DNA of 64,000 nt from an uncultured Anaerolineales bacterium (GTDB lineage Bacteria > Chloroflexota > Anaerolineae > Anaerolineales > UBA6663): positions 15,488 through 79,487 of the forward strand of contig CAZSNP010000011.1 in NCBI GenBank assembly GCA_964608265.1. The letters are read 5' to 3'. The notes beneath the pieces were generated by a model. It saw nothing but the letters and a program-made list of their open reading frames with translations. It was not told the DNA's origin and made no database searches. Position numbers and translations under genes: made by a program. Below are positions 38,146-48,726 of the stretch, piece by piece; within the stretch, counting starts at the first letter, position 1, and the number at the start of each line of letters is the position of its first letter.

Positions 38146-38462
38146 GGGTTCTCCGGGAGGAACGAATTTTTTCTGTGGACGGCGTTCGACGCTACGGCTG
38201 TCTCGGGCTGAATACCAGTCCAACACGCGCAAGGCACGCCGCGTATCCCACCGGCTCGGTTGGCCCTCGCCGTCATCCATCTCGACCGGCATTTCGCCGG
38301 GGCACCGCACCTCCAGAGGCCACCGGCCTTCGCCATCGCGCTTTGACTCGACCAGGGCAATCGCCCCGGCCGTGCGCTCATCGGGTGTGACGCCGGCTCA
38401 TTCACCGATCGCGGCGGCGGAGCTTGCCCTTTTGGTGGATTGGTCGCCATTTGCTGTTCCCC

Positions 38463-40067
38463 TCACCCCACGCCAAAGAAGCGGCGGATACGGGCGAGCA
38501 GGTCGGAGTCGGCGCGGTCGGTCTTGGCGGGCAGCGGGCCGGTCCTGGCCACGGCGGCCTCCACGTTGCGGGTGCGCTTCATCAGCGCCAGCGAAAACGC
38601 CTCGGCGATGCGGCCATCGGCGGCGATGACGGGCGACATGCCGGCCTTGCTCACTACCACTACCTCGGTCTCCGCCTCGGCAATCACCGACGCCGAGCGC
38701 GGCTCGCCCGTCAGCAGGCTCATCTCACCGAAGAACTGATCGTGCTCGAGATGGTCGAGGGTGAGCGTCTGTCCATCCTCCAGTTGCCGCTCGATGCGCA
38801 CCCGGCCATGCGTGATGACGAACAGCGAGTCGCCGTCATCGCCCTGGCGCACCAAACGCTCGCCGGTTGCGTAGCGCTGGCGCGCGGCGGTCTCGGCCAG
38901 TTGCTCGATCTGCGCGTCGCTGAGCGGCGCAAGGATGGGGAGCGGCCTCAGCGCGCGGGCGACCTCAGCGCGCTGCCGGGCGTGGGCCCGCGCCTCGTGA
39001 TCGTCGCTCAGCATCTTCACCGCCACATCGCGCTGCGGGAAGGGGATGGTCATGTGCGCGCGCTTGAGCGCGTACCACACGCGCGTCATCACCTCGTCGT
39101 GGATCTCAATGGCCCGGGTGTAGTCGGTGATCCAGTAACGCAGGTCGTACTGCACTGCAAAATCGCCGTAGCCGGCCACCACGGCCTGCGGGGCCGGCTC
39201 GGCGCACACCCCGCGCGCCTCGGCCATCGCGCCGATGAGCACGGCCTTCACCTGCTCGGGCGGGTGGGCATAGGCCACGCCGACGGCGGCGTGCATGCGC
39301 TGCAGCGGCACGGGCCGCGAGTAGTTGATGATGTGCTGTTTGGCGACGTTGCCGTTGGGGATGAAGATGTTGTGATTGTCGCGGGTGCGCAGGGTGACGG
39401 CCCGCCAGCTCATTTGCGTCACCTGCCCTTCTTCGTCGCTCACCCGCACCCAATCCCCCACGGTGAACGGCTGCTCGAGTTGCAGCGCCAGCCCGGTGAT
39501 GACGTTGCCGAGCGTATCCTGCAACGCCAGACCGATGACGGCCGAGAGCACAGTGGAGGTGAAGAGCAGCCCGCTCAAATCCTGCACGCCGAAGACCCCG
39601 CGCAGCAGCCCCAGCGCCACCGCCAGCAGCATCACGAAGTTGAAGATATCCACCAGCAGCCGCGGCACGGCGATGTGCCGGCGTTGGGCCATCACGTAAT
39701 CCCACGCCACCCAATCGAAGAGTTGCAGCAGTGTGTTGGCACCGAGCAGGATGCTCAGGCTGAGGAGGACGCGCAGGCTGAGGGAGTCAGCGGCGAGCCA
39801 GCCGGCGCCGCGCACCGTCAGATACGCCCCCAGGCCGAGCATCGTCAGCAGCGCGGAGACGCGCACCCGTTGGGCAAGTTTGTTGCGGCGGAAGAGCCAC
39901 AACACCAGCGCCACGGCCAGGCCGAGGCCGATCGAGGCGGTGAGGTTGGACCAAAACTCCGGGGTGAGCGCCATGCCGCGCGGAGTGTGCCACAGGTTTC
40001 GGAGAAAGAAAAGACTCGAGGCGGATGGTGGATGATTTAACGCCATGGCGCAAGGGCGCAAGGCCAA
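38463..40067 (-). CDS. MscS-family mechanosensitive channel with a C-terminal cyclic-nucleotide-binding domain (start uncertain)
   Basis: TM segments followed by LQDTLGNVITGLALQLEQPFTVGDWVRV. C-terminal FFGEMSLLTGEPRSASVIAEAETEVVVV. Confidence 0.8.
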   Translation of the reverse strand: MALRPCAMALNHPPSASSLFFLRNLWHTPRGMALTPEFWSNLTASIGLGLAVALVLWLFRRNKLAQRVRVSALLTMLGLGAYLTVRGAGWLAADSLSLRVLLSLSILLGANTLLQLFDWVAWDYVMAQRRHIAVPRLLVDIFNFVMLLAVALGLLRGVFGVQDLSGLLFTSTVLSAVIGLALQDTLGNVITGLALQLEQPFTVGDWVRVSDEEGQVTQMSWRAVTLRTRDNHNIFIPNGNVAKQHIINYSRPVPLQRMHAAVGVAYAHPPEQVKAVLIGAMAEARGVCAEPAPQAVVAGYGDFAVQYDLRYWITDYTRAIEIHDEVMTRVWYALKRAHMTIPFPQRDVAVKMLSDDHEARAHARQRAEVARALRPLPILAPLSDAQIEQLAETAARQRYATGERLVRQGDDGDSLFVITHGRVRIERQLEDGQTLTLDHLEHDQFFGEMSLLTGEPRSASVIAEAETEVVVVSKAGMSPVIAADGRIAEAFSLALMKRTRNVEAAVARTGPLPAKTDRADSDLLARIRRFFGVG

Positions 40068-40164
40068 TCCCTGCCTCCCCGCCGACTGGCATTCCCGGCG
40101 GCCTTCTCAAAATAAAAAGGCCCGCCGTGATGGGCGAGCCTTTCTTTGTTCTGAGGCTGATCCG

Positions 40165-42084
<1,920 letters not shown>

Positions 42085-42134
42085 GGTTTACCTCCTACAG
42101 CGGAACATCGGGGAAGAAGCTGTACGGTGAGAAG

Positions 42135-42143
42135 ATTATACCA
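42135..42143 (-). promoter_or_regulatory. Putative extended -10 promoter of ftsH
   Basis: Minus strand TGGTATAAT about 50 nt upstream of the GTG start. No clear -35. Confidence 0.35.
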
Positions 42144-42279
42144 TCCGGGTTGTGTGACTCTGCGCCACCGGAATGGATAGTTTTAGTGAGCGTTTCATTA
42201 GCCGCGGCCGAGGAGTTGGATGGTCGAGCAGCGGTCGTGTCGTTCGACGACACGCTGATGAGGCTACCCGACTGCAGGC

Positions 42280-43371
42280 CTAACGCGTATAGGTGAGGAT
42301 GACCCAAAGCCACAACGGCACGAGGCCGGCGACGGCGAGGAAGGCCACAAAGCTGAGGGCCAGCGCGATCCAATCGAGGCCCGGTTCGTCCGCCATCCCC
42401 GCTACCGGGGCGGCGGCCTCGGTTTGCGCGAGGGCCGGCTGCAGAGCGGGATTGGGGATCGTCGGCGCGGCCGGGGCAGCCGCGGGCGCGGGGCGCGGCG
42501 GCGTCGTACCCGAGGCGGCCAGCGGCGCCGTCATCCCATCACCCTGTTGGCGATACGACAGCAGGATGCGGCCCAGTTGGTCGGCGGTGCGGTAACGGGC
42601 CGACGGCTCCTTGGCCAGCACTTTGTGGATGATGCGCTCCAGCGCCTCGGGCACCTGCGGGTTGAACATCGAGAGCAGCGGCGGCTCCTCGCGCAGGTGC
42701 ATCATCGCCAGCGCCTGCTGCGTGGAGGCCACGAACGGCAAGCGACCCGCCAGCATCTCGAACATCACCACGCCAATCGAGTACACATCCGAGGCGGGGG
42801 TGGGGTGCTCGCCGGCGGCCTGTTCGGGCGAGTAATACTGCGGGCTGCCCCAGACCACATCCGTCATCTCACCCGGGCGGATGGTGGACAGCGCGCGCGC
42901 GATGCCGAAGTCGGTGATCTTCACCCGCCCATCGTCGGTGATGAGGAGGTTCTGCGGCTTGATGTCGCAGTGCACCAGCCCGGCGCGGTGCGCGTATCCC
43001 ACCCCGGCGCACGTCTGCACCGCGAAATCCACCGCGCGCTCCACCGGGAAGGGGCCGTCATCCTTGATGAGGCTCTTGAGGTCTTTGCCCTCGATGTACT
43101 CCATCACGATGTAATAGCGCGCGCCGTCCTTGCCGAAGTCGTGCACTGTGACGATGTTGGGGTGGGCGAGGTTGGCGGCGTTGCGCGCCTCCTGCTGAAA
43201 ACGCGCCAGGAATTCGGTGTCGGCGGTCAGCGTCTCGCGCAGCACCTTCACCGCCACCAGCCGCCCGAGCGAGAGGTCTTGCGCCTTGTACACCACGCTC
43301 ATCCCGCCCTGGCCGATGGGCTGCAACAGCTTGTAGCGTTTGTTGAGTAAGGGTGAAGCCTCAGTGGACAT
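42280..43371 (-). CDS. Ser/Thr protein kinase with a C-terminal membrane anchor
   Basis: Start moved to MSTEASPLLNKRYKL, which avoids overlap with fabF. GQGGMSVVYKA, VAVKVL, HCDIKPQNLL and DFGIA. P/A-rich linker and the terminal TM WIALALSFVAFLAVAGLVPLWLWVIL. Confidence 0.85.
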   Translation of the reverse strand: MSTEASPLLNKRYKLLQPIGQGGMSVVYKAQDLSLGRLVAVKVLRETLTADTEFLARFQQEARNAANLAHPNIVTVHDFGKDGARYYIVMEYIEGKDLKSLIKDDGPFPVERAVDFAVQTCAGVGYAHRAGLVHCDIKPQNLLITDDGRVKITDFGIARALSTIRPGEMTDVVWGSPQYYSPEQAAGEHPTPASDVYSIGVVMFEMLAGRLPFVASTQQALAMMHLREEPPLLSMFNPQVPEALERIIHKVLAKEPSARYRTADQLGRILLSYRQQGDGMTAPLAASGTTPPRPAPAAAPAAPTIPNPALQPALAQTEAAAPVAGMADEPGLDWIALALSFVAFLAVAGLVPLWLWVILTYTR

Positions 43372-43406
43372 GCAGCGCGATTTTACATGATTTCGAGCGC
43401 GGCGCT

Positions 43407-44666
43407 CTAACCTTCGGGCCAGCGCCGCATCGCCAGCACGCTGTTGTGCCCCCCAAAGCCAAACGCCGTTGAGAGTGCCACGTTGAACTCGGCCCGCCGT
43501 GCCACGTTCGGCACGCAGTCCAAATCGCACTCCGGGTCGGGGGTGGTGTGGTTGATCGTCGGCGGCAGCGTCTGCTCGTGCAGGGCCATGATCGTCCAGA
43601 TCGCCTCGGCCCCGCCTGCCGCGCCGAGCATGTGCCCGGTGGTGGATTTGGTCGCGCTCACCGGCACATCGTAAGCCCGCTCCCCCAGCGCCAGCTTCAA
43701 CGCCCGCGTCTCGAACACGTCGCCCAGCGGCGTGCCGGTGGCGTGGGCATTCACGTAGCCCAATTCTCCAATCTCCACTCGCGCTTTTTGAAGCGCGAGT
43801 GAGATCGCCCTTGCCGCCTGCCTGCCCTCCGGGTCGGGGTTAGTGAAGTGCAACGCGTCAGTCGTGTTGGCGTACGCCAGCACCTCGGCCAGCGGCTCGG
43901 CATCGCGGCGCTGCGCGTGTTCGAGCGATTCGAGGATGAGCACGCCCGCGCCCTCGCTCAGCACGAAGCCGTCGCGGTCTTTGTCGAACGGGCGGCTCGC
44001 GGCGGCGGGGTCGTGGTTGCGGCGCGAGAGCGCGTTCATCTGGTCGAAGCCCGCGATGCCCAACGGCGTGACGGCGGCCTCCGTGCCGCCCGCGATCACC
44101 ACCTCCGCGTCGCCGCGCCGGATGATCTCGAACGCATTCCCGATCGCATCCGTGCCCGTGCTGCAGGCCGTGGCCAGCCCGAAGTTCGGCCCGCGCGCAC
44201 CGAACAACATGCTCACCCCCACCGAGGCCGCGTCCACCGTGATCATCGGAATCAGCAGCGGGCTGATCCGCCCCGGCCCGTGTTCGTCCATCACCTTCTG
44301 CTGCGCCGTGTACGTCCAGATCGCCGCCGCGCCCGTGCCGATGAGCACGCCGACCTCGTCCGCGGTCGAGTCATCAATCGTCAGCCCGGATTGATTCAAT
44401 GCTTCGCGGGTCGCCGCGATGGCGAACTGCACGTTGCGGTCGGCGCGGCGCGCTTCCTTCGCCGTCATGGCGTTGTGCGGGTCGAAGCCGTGCGCCTCGC
44501 CGGCGATCCTGACGCGGAAATTCTGGGTGTCGAAGAGGGTGATGGGGCGGATGCCGCTGCGCCCCTCGCGCACCGCCGCCCACGCGCTGGGCACGTCAAG
44601 CCCGACCGGGCTGATGACGCCCAGGCCGGTGACGACGACGCGGCGAGGAAAATCCAAACCACTCAC
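43407..44666 (-). CDS. fabF: Beta-ketoacyl-ACP synthase II
   Basis: RRVVVTGLGVISPVG, active-site ATACSTG, NAHATGTPLGD, and STAFGFGGHNSVL. Confidence 0.92.
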   Translation of the reverse strand: MSGLDFPRRVVVTGLGVISPVGLDVPSAWAAVREGRSGIRPITLFDTQNFRVRIAGEAHGFDPHNAMTAKEARRADRNVQFAIAATREALNQSGLTIDDSTADEVGVLIGTGAAAIWTYTAQQKVMDEHGPGRISPLLIPMITVDAASVGVSMLFGARGPNFGLATACSTGTDAIGNAFEIIRRGDAEVVIAGGTEAAVTPLGIAGFDQMNALSRRNHDPAAASRPFDKDRDGFVLSEGAGVLILESLEHAQRRDAEPLAEVLAYANTTDALHFTNPDPEGRQAARAISLALQKARVEIGELGYVNAHATGTPLGDVFETRALKLALGERAYDVPVSATKSTTGHMLGAAGGAEAIWTIMALHEQTLPPTINHTTPDPECDLDCVPNVARRAEFNVALSTAFGFGGHNSVLAMRRWPEG

Positions 44667-44705
44667 AGAGTCATTGTAGCCGGAGGTGAGGAGTCCGCAA
44701 ATTCA

Positions 44706-44744
44706 CACGAATGAACACGAATGGCCTATTCGTGTTCATTCGTG
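44706..44744. repeat. Perfect 17-bp palindrome built from CACGAAT-type words
   Basis: cacgaatgaacacgaat / ggcct / attcgtgttcattcgtg. The right arm overlaps the folP stop codon (44736-44738). Confidence 0.9.
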
Positions 44745-45617
44745 GACGCGACTTCGCGTAATCGCATCCGCCATGCGCGCCACGCGGCTCATCATCGCCA
44801 CGTCGTGCACGCGCACGAGGTCGGCGCCGTGGGCGATGCACAGCGCCACCGCCGCCGCCGTGCCCTCCGCGCGCTGGTCGGGCGGCAGGTCGAGGGTGTA
44901 GCCGATGAACGATTTGCGCGACGGCCCGGCGAGCAGCGGGTAGCCCAATGCCTTGAACTCGCCGAAGCGACGGATGAGTTCGAGGTTCTGCTCCACCGTT
45001 TTGCCGAAGCCGATGCCGGGGTCGAGGATGATGCGCTCCGGCTTCACCCCCGCCCGCAGCGCCAGCTCCACCGACTCGCTCAACTCCCGTTTGATGTCTT
45101 CGATCAAGTCCTCGTACTCGACCCCCACGTAGCGCCCGCCGAGCCGCGCTTCCTGCACCGCATCCTTCGGCTGGCTGCGGTTGTGCATCACCACCACCGC
45201 CGCGCCGCCCTCGGCGGCCACGCGCCCCATATCCGGGTCCATCCGCAGGCCCCACACGTCGTTGATGATCGTCGCGCCGGCCTCAACCGCCTGCCGCGCG
45301 ACCTCGGCTTTGTAGGTGTCAATCGAGATGGGGACGGAGGCGCGGCGCGCCAGTTCCCGCACCACCGGGATGGCGCGGCGCAGTTCCTCTTCGAGCGCGA
45401 TGGGTTGCGAGCCGGGGCGCGTGCTTTCGCCGCCCACGTCGAGGATATGCGCGCCCGCCGCCACGTGGGCGAGGCCGTGCGCCACTGCGGCCGCGAGCCA
45501 CGCTTCGCCGCGCATCACGCCGTCCCCCGAAAACGAATCGGGCGTGGCGTTGACGATGCCCATGACATACGTTTGCCTCCCCCACTCCAAAGTCGTTGTG
45601 CCCAGAGTAAATGCCAT
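44736..45617 (-). CDS. folP: Dihydropteroate synthase
   Basis: VMGIVNATPDSFSGDG, ILDVGGESTRPG, SIDTYKAEVA and IINDVWG. Confidence 0.92.
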   Translation of the reverse strand: MAFTLGTTTLEWGRQTYVMGIVNATPDSFSGDGVMRGEAWLAAAVAHGLAHVAAGAHILDVGGESTRPGSQPIALEEELRRAIPVVRELARRASVPISIDTYKAEVARQAVEAGATIINDVWGLRMDPDMGRVAAEGGAAVVVMHNRSQPKDAVQEARLGGRYVGVEYEDLIEDIKRELSESVELALRAGVKPERIILDPGIGFGKTVEQNLELIRRFGEFKALGYPLLAGPSRKSFIGYTLDLPPDQRAEGTAAAVALCIAHGADLVRVHDVAMMSRVARMADAITRSRVHE

Positions 45618-45639
45618 GCGGGGATTTTAACTACAAGAC

Positions 45640-45703
45640 CACAAAGAGCACGAAGGAGTCACAAAGCCTTTGTGCTGCCTTTGTGTCCTTCGTGCGCTTC
45701 GTG
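45640..45703. repeat. Word-repeat hairpin element (CACAAAG/CACGAAG forward, CTTTGTG/CTTCGTG inverted)
   Basis: 3 forward words at 45640-45666 and 4 inverted words at 45668-45703. It overlaps the last roughly 15 codons of the folK ORF. Confidence 0.85.
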
Positions 45704-46201
45704 GTTCAGTTGCGTGTTGGCTTTCCAGATCAATGGCGATGTGTCGCCGAGCCGGTCGCGCAACCGGGCGATGGTGAGGCCGAGCGCCGGGTGCACGACC
45801 TCCGGCGCGATGTCGGCCAGCGGCACGAGGACGAAGGCGCGTTCGTGAAGGCGCGGGTGTGGGAGCGTCAACTCCTCGCTCTTCATCACCCGGTCGTCGT
45901 ACAGCAACAAGTCGAGGTCAATCAAACGCGGCCCGAAGCGCCGCCCGGTCACCCGGCCCAGCTCGTGTTCGAGCCGCTTGAGCGTGCGCAGGGCTTCGAG
46001 CGGCGGCAGCTCCGTCGTGGCGCGCGCGGCCAGATTCAAGAAGCGGGGTTGATCGAGCACGTAGGCCGGCTCGGTTTCGTAGACAGACGAGACAGCCCGC
46101 ACGTCGAACTGCGGCGCGAGGGCGGCCAGCGCGCGGCGTACATTCTCCGCGCGGTCGCCGAGGTTGGTGCCGAGGGCGAGGTAGACGACGGCCAACAGCA
46201 T
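45659..46201 (-). CDS. folK: Hydroxymethyldihydropterin pyrophosphokinase
   Basis: VVYLALGTNLGDR, FLNLAARATT and GPRLIDLDLLLY. The C-terminal tail NHEAHEGHKGSTKAL is encoded by the repeat element. Confidence 0.87.
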   Translation of the reverse strand: MLLAVVYLALGTNLGDRAENVRRALAALAPQFDVRAVSSVYETEPAYVLDQPRFLNLAARATTELPPLEALRTLKRLEHELGRVTGRRFGPRLIDLDLLLYDDRVMKSEELTLPHPRLHERAFVLVPLADIAPEVVHPALGLTIARLRDRLGDTSPLIWKANTQLNHEAHEGHKGSTKAL

Positions 46202-46205
46202 CAGC

Positions 46206-46249
46206 CACGAATTACACGAATTGCACGAATTCGATGCGTGTCATTCGTG
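46206..46249. repeat. Three direct CACGAATTN 9-mers plus an inverted ATTCGTG
   Basis: cacgaatta, cacgaattg and cacgaattc at 46206-46232, with attcgtg at 46243-46249, immediately upstream of the folK start. Confidence 0.85.
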
Positions 46250-46414
46250 GCCCAAAGTGTTCCGAAAGAAGGCCGATTGCCCGAACGACTCGGCGCGCAA
46301 CATCTTCTTGAGCCGCACGCAATCGAAGACGTAGGCGCGGAAGCTGGACATGCCGAGGCGAAAAGATGGAAAGTCGTGCGTTGCACGTCGCCCTGCTTTC
46401 TACGGACTACTTTC

Positions 46415-48112
46415 TTACGGAGCGGGTGTCGTTTGCTCCACCACCACTTGCCGCGTCTCGGTGTACCAGCGGGGCAGGGAGGCAAAGCGGTCGGCGGGTT
46501 CGGTCAGCGGGCCGAGCTGCACCGCCCGCACGCGCGCATCCACCGCGTAGTTGTAGACGGGATAGTACAGCAGCAGCGCCGGCACCTGATCGGCAAAACG
46601 CGACTGGAAATTCTGATACAGCCGGGACCGCGCGGCGAGGTCGGTGGTGGTGCGCGCCTGTTCGAGATATTGGCTCGTCACGCGATCGGTCAGGCCGCTA
46701 TAGTTCTGCCCGCTCTCCGCCTGCGTCTCATGCCAAAACGGATAGGGGTCGGGGTCGGGCGTGCCGGCCAGACTGAAATCGGCCAGCGCGGCCTGATACG
46801 CGCGCGGCTCAAGATGTGCGCCGCGCAGCGAGGCAGCCTCGACCGGTATCACCTCCACCTGCACGCCGAGCGCCGCCCACGTCGCCCGCGCCGCCTCGGC
46901 CAGTGCGGTGTGCTGAGGCGTATCGGGCGTGAGCAGGCTGAACTTCAGCGGCGCACCTTTCTTCTGCCGAACGTAGGCTTCGGTGCCGGGGAGGGCGTCG
47001 GGCGGCAACACCCAGCCGGCGCTTTCGAGCAGGCCGGCCGCCTGCGCCGGATCGTACGCCGCTGTCGGCAGCGCGAGGTTGTAGGCCCACGAACCGGGCA
47101 GCACGGGTGAGTTGGCCACCACGGCGTGCCCGCGCAGGATGTCGCTCACCATCCGGCCCCGGTTGAGGCCGAGCAACAATGCCTGGCGCACCTTCTTCTC
47201 TTTGAAGAAGGCCACATCTTCGTTGCGCAGGTTGAGGAAGATCAGCGTGTATTCGGGTTCGAGCGCGGTGTACAGTCTGAGGCCGGGCAACTGGCTGGCG
47301 GCCGGCAATTGTTCGGCACGGAGCCGGCTGAGCCCCATCACCGTTCCCGCGCGATAAGCCTCCAGCGCGGACGCCTCATCGGCGTAGAAGCGGAATTCGA
47401 TCTCGGTAAGCAACGGCCGCTCGCCGTGATAACGCTCGAAGCGTTTGAGCCGCAGGCCGGTTACCGTGCCGCCCTCCGCCAGCCAGCGATCAAAAACAAA
47501 CGGGCCGCTGCCGATGGGGGTGAGGTTGAAAGGTGCTTGCGGCAACGCCGCCGCCGTGACGCCCGGCAGTGCGGCGCGCGGCAGGACGCCGAAATTGGTG
47601 TAATCCAGAAACGGCGCGAACGGCTCGGGCAGCGTGAAGGTCACGGTCTGCGGGCCGTCAACTTTGACCGTGATGGCCTGCCAGAATTGCCTGAGGTCCG
47701 CCGGGCCGGGATAGGCCGGGTCTTGCATGAGTTGCACGGTGAAGGCCACATCGTCGGCGGTGAGGGGCCGGCCGTCGTGCCACGCCAGGCCGGGCTTGAG
47801 GATGAAGGTATAGGTAAGCTGATCTGCGGAGAGATACCAGTTGGCGAGGTCGGGCACCGGGCGGCCAAAGCCATCGAAGGCCGTGAGTCCGCTGAAGATC
47901 AAACGGTTGAGGTCGCGATCAACGGGGTTGGCGAAAGCGAGCAGCGGGTTGAGGGCGCGCGGCGCGCCGATGAGGGCCTCGGCGTACTTGCCGCCGGCAA
48001 CGGGCACCTCATCCACCTGCACCTGACGGTCACGGCCCTGCCCGGCCAACAGCCCGATCGCGAGCACGATCCCCAACAGCGCGATCAATGCCTGCCAACG
48101 CAGATGTTTCAT
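46415..48112 (-). CDS. ABC transporter substrate-binding protein (family 5, peptide/nickel-like)
   Basis: N-terminal anchor ALIALLGIVLAIGLLAG. LAWHDGRPLTADDVAFT is typical of family-5 SBPs. No permease or ATPase genes are adjacent. Confidence 0.78.
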   Translation of the reverse strand: MKHLRWQALIALLGIVLAIGLLAGQGRDRQVQVDEVPVAGGKYAEALIGAPRALNPLLAFANPVDRDLNRLIFSGLTAFDGFGRPVPDLANWYLSADQLTYTFILKPGLAWHDGRPLTADDVAFTVQLMQDPAYPGPADLRQFWQAITVKVDGPQTVTFTLPEPFAPFLDYTNFGVLPRAALPGVTAAALPQAPFNLTPIGSGPFVFDRWLAEGGTVTGLRLKRFERYHGERPLLTEIEFRFYADEASALEAYRAGTVMGLSRLRAEQLPAASQLPGLRLYTALEPEYTLIFLNLRNEDVAFFKEKKVRQALLLGLNRGRMVSDILRGHAVVANSPVLPGSWAYNLALPTAAYDPAQAAGLLESAGWVLPPDALPGTEAYVRQKKGAPLKFSLLTPDTPQHTALAEAARATWAALGVQVEVIPVEAASLRGAHLEPRAYQAALADFSLAGTPDPDPYPFWHETQAESGQNYSGLTDRVTSQYLEQARTTTDLAARSRLYQNFQSRFADQVPALLLYYPVYNYAVDARVRAVQLGPLTEPADRFASLPRWYTETRQVVVEQTTPAP

Positions 48113-48200
48113 TGGAGTCGCGAGACGAAAGACGGAGGCCGCCGGGCATCAACGCGCCCGAAGCGCCCTCCGTCGTTTGGCCCCGGTGGGCGAACAGGCT

Positions 48201-48431
48201 CTAGCGTGAGACGATGCCTTGAGCGATGGCGATGGCAAAGAAGACGACCGAAAGCCCAATCGTGATTTGGAACAGGGTCTTTTCGATGCCCCGGCGCGCG
48301 CGGAACACGCCGCCGGTATCTCCGCCGCTCAGGCCGCCCAGCCCGGCCGATTTGGATTGCAACACAATCGCCGCCACCAGCGCAATGGAGACGATGATGA
48401 TGGCAATATCGAGGTAGTCAATTAACTGCAT
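48201..48431 (-). CDS. secG: Preprotein translocase subunit SecG
   Basis: 76 aa. Two TM helices flank the Gly-rich loop LQSKSAGLGGLSGGDTGG. AAGGAGA SD upstream. Confidence 0.8.
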   Translation of the reverse strand: MQLIDYLDIAIIIVSIALVAAIVLQSKSAGLGGLSGGDTGGVFRARRGIEKTLFQITIGLSVVFFAIAIAQGIVSR

Positions 48432-48457
48432 GGCTTGGCTTCTCCTTCGGAGCGCGA

Positions 48458-48463
48458 ATTATA
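48458..48463 (-). promoter_or_regulatory. Putative -10 box of secG
   Basis: Perfect TATAAT on the minus strand, 26 nt upstream of ATG 48431. Confidence 0.3.
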
Positions 48464-48726
48464 CCTCACCCCCGACCGTCTCCTGAACGTGCATTCAGCC
48501 CGGTGTGCACGCACGAGTTGTCTGGGAAAGACCGACACGGTCTCGAAGACCGCGTAAGTCTGCCCACCGGCTGACAACCTTTGCGCGCACACTCTGCCTG
48601 TGGCCGGGCAGGGTGTCGGCGCGCGTTCAGGAGAGGGGAGCCTCCATCGAATGAGTTTGGCAACGCAAGTCACCCCTCTCCCAGGCGCCCGTTGCTGGTG
48701 ATTGGGACAGGGACCGGGGGTGAGGG
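48464..48726. repeat. MITE/REP-like element, copy 3
   Basis: Perfect 10-bp terminal inverted repeats CCTCACCCCC (48464-48473) and GGGGGTGAGG (48716-48725). Internal GGAGAGGGG (48631-48639) pairs with CCCCTCTCC (48673-48681). Confidence 0.65.

Noticed and set aside
38424-40040. 538-aa plus-strand ORF.
   Set aside because: It is antisense to the MscS/cNMP channel gene. Its composition is His/Arg/Gly/Asp-rich and has no membrane or enzyme signature.
46241-46351. 36-aa minus-strand ORF (MSSFRAYVFDCVRLKKMLRAESFGQSAFFRNTLGHE) upstream of folK.
   Set aside because: It has protein-like composition, but no SD and no recognisable family. Its stop lies inside the CACGAAT repeat. The gap is too short for a folB gene. 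Support is insufficient.
45611-47110. 499-aa plus-strand ORF spanning folK, an intergenic repeat and part of the SBP gene.
   Set aside because: It reads through two unrelated minus-strand genes and a repeat element. It is an antisense artefact.
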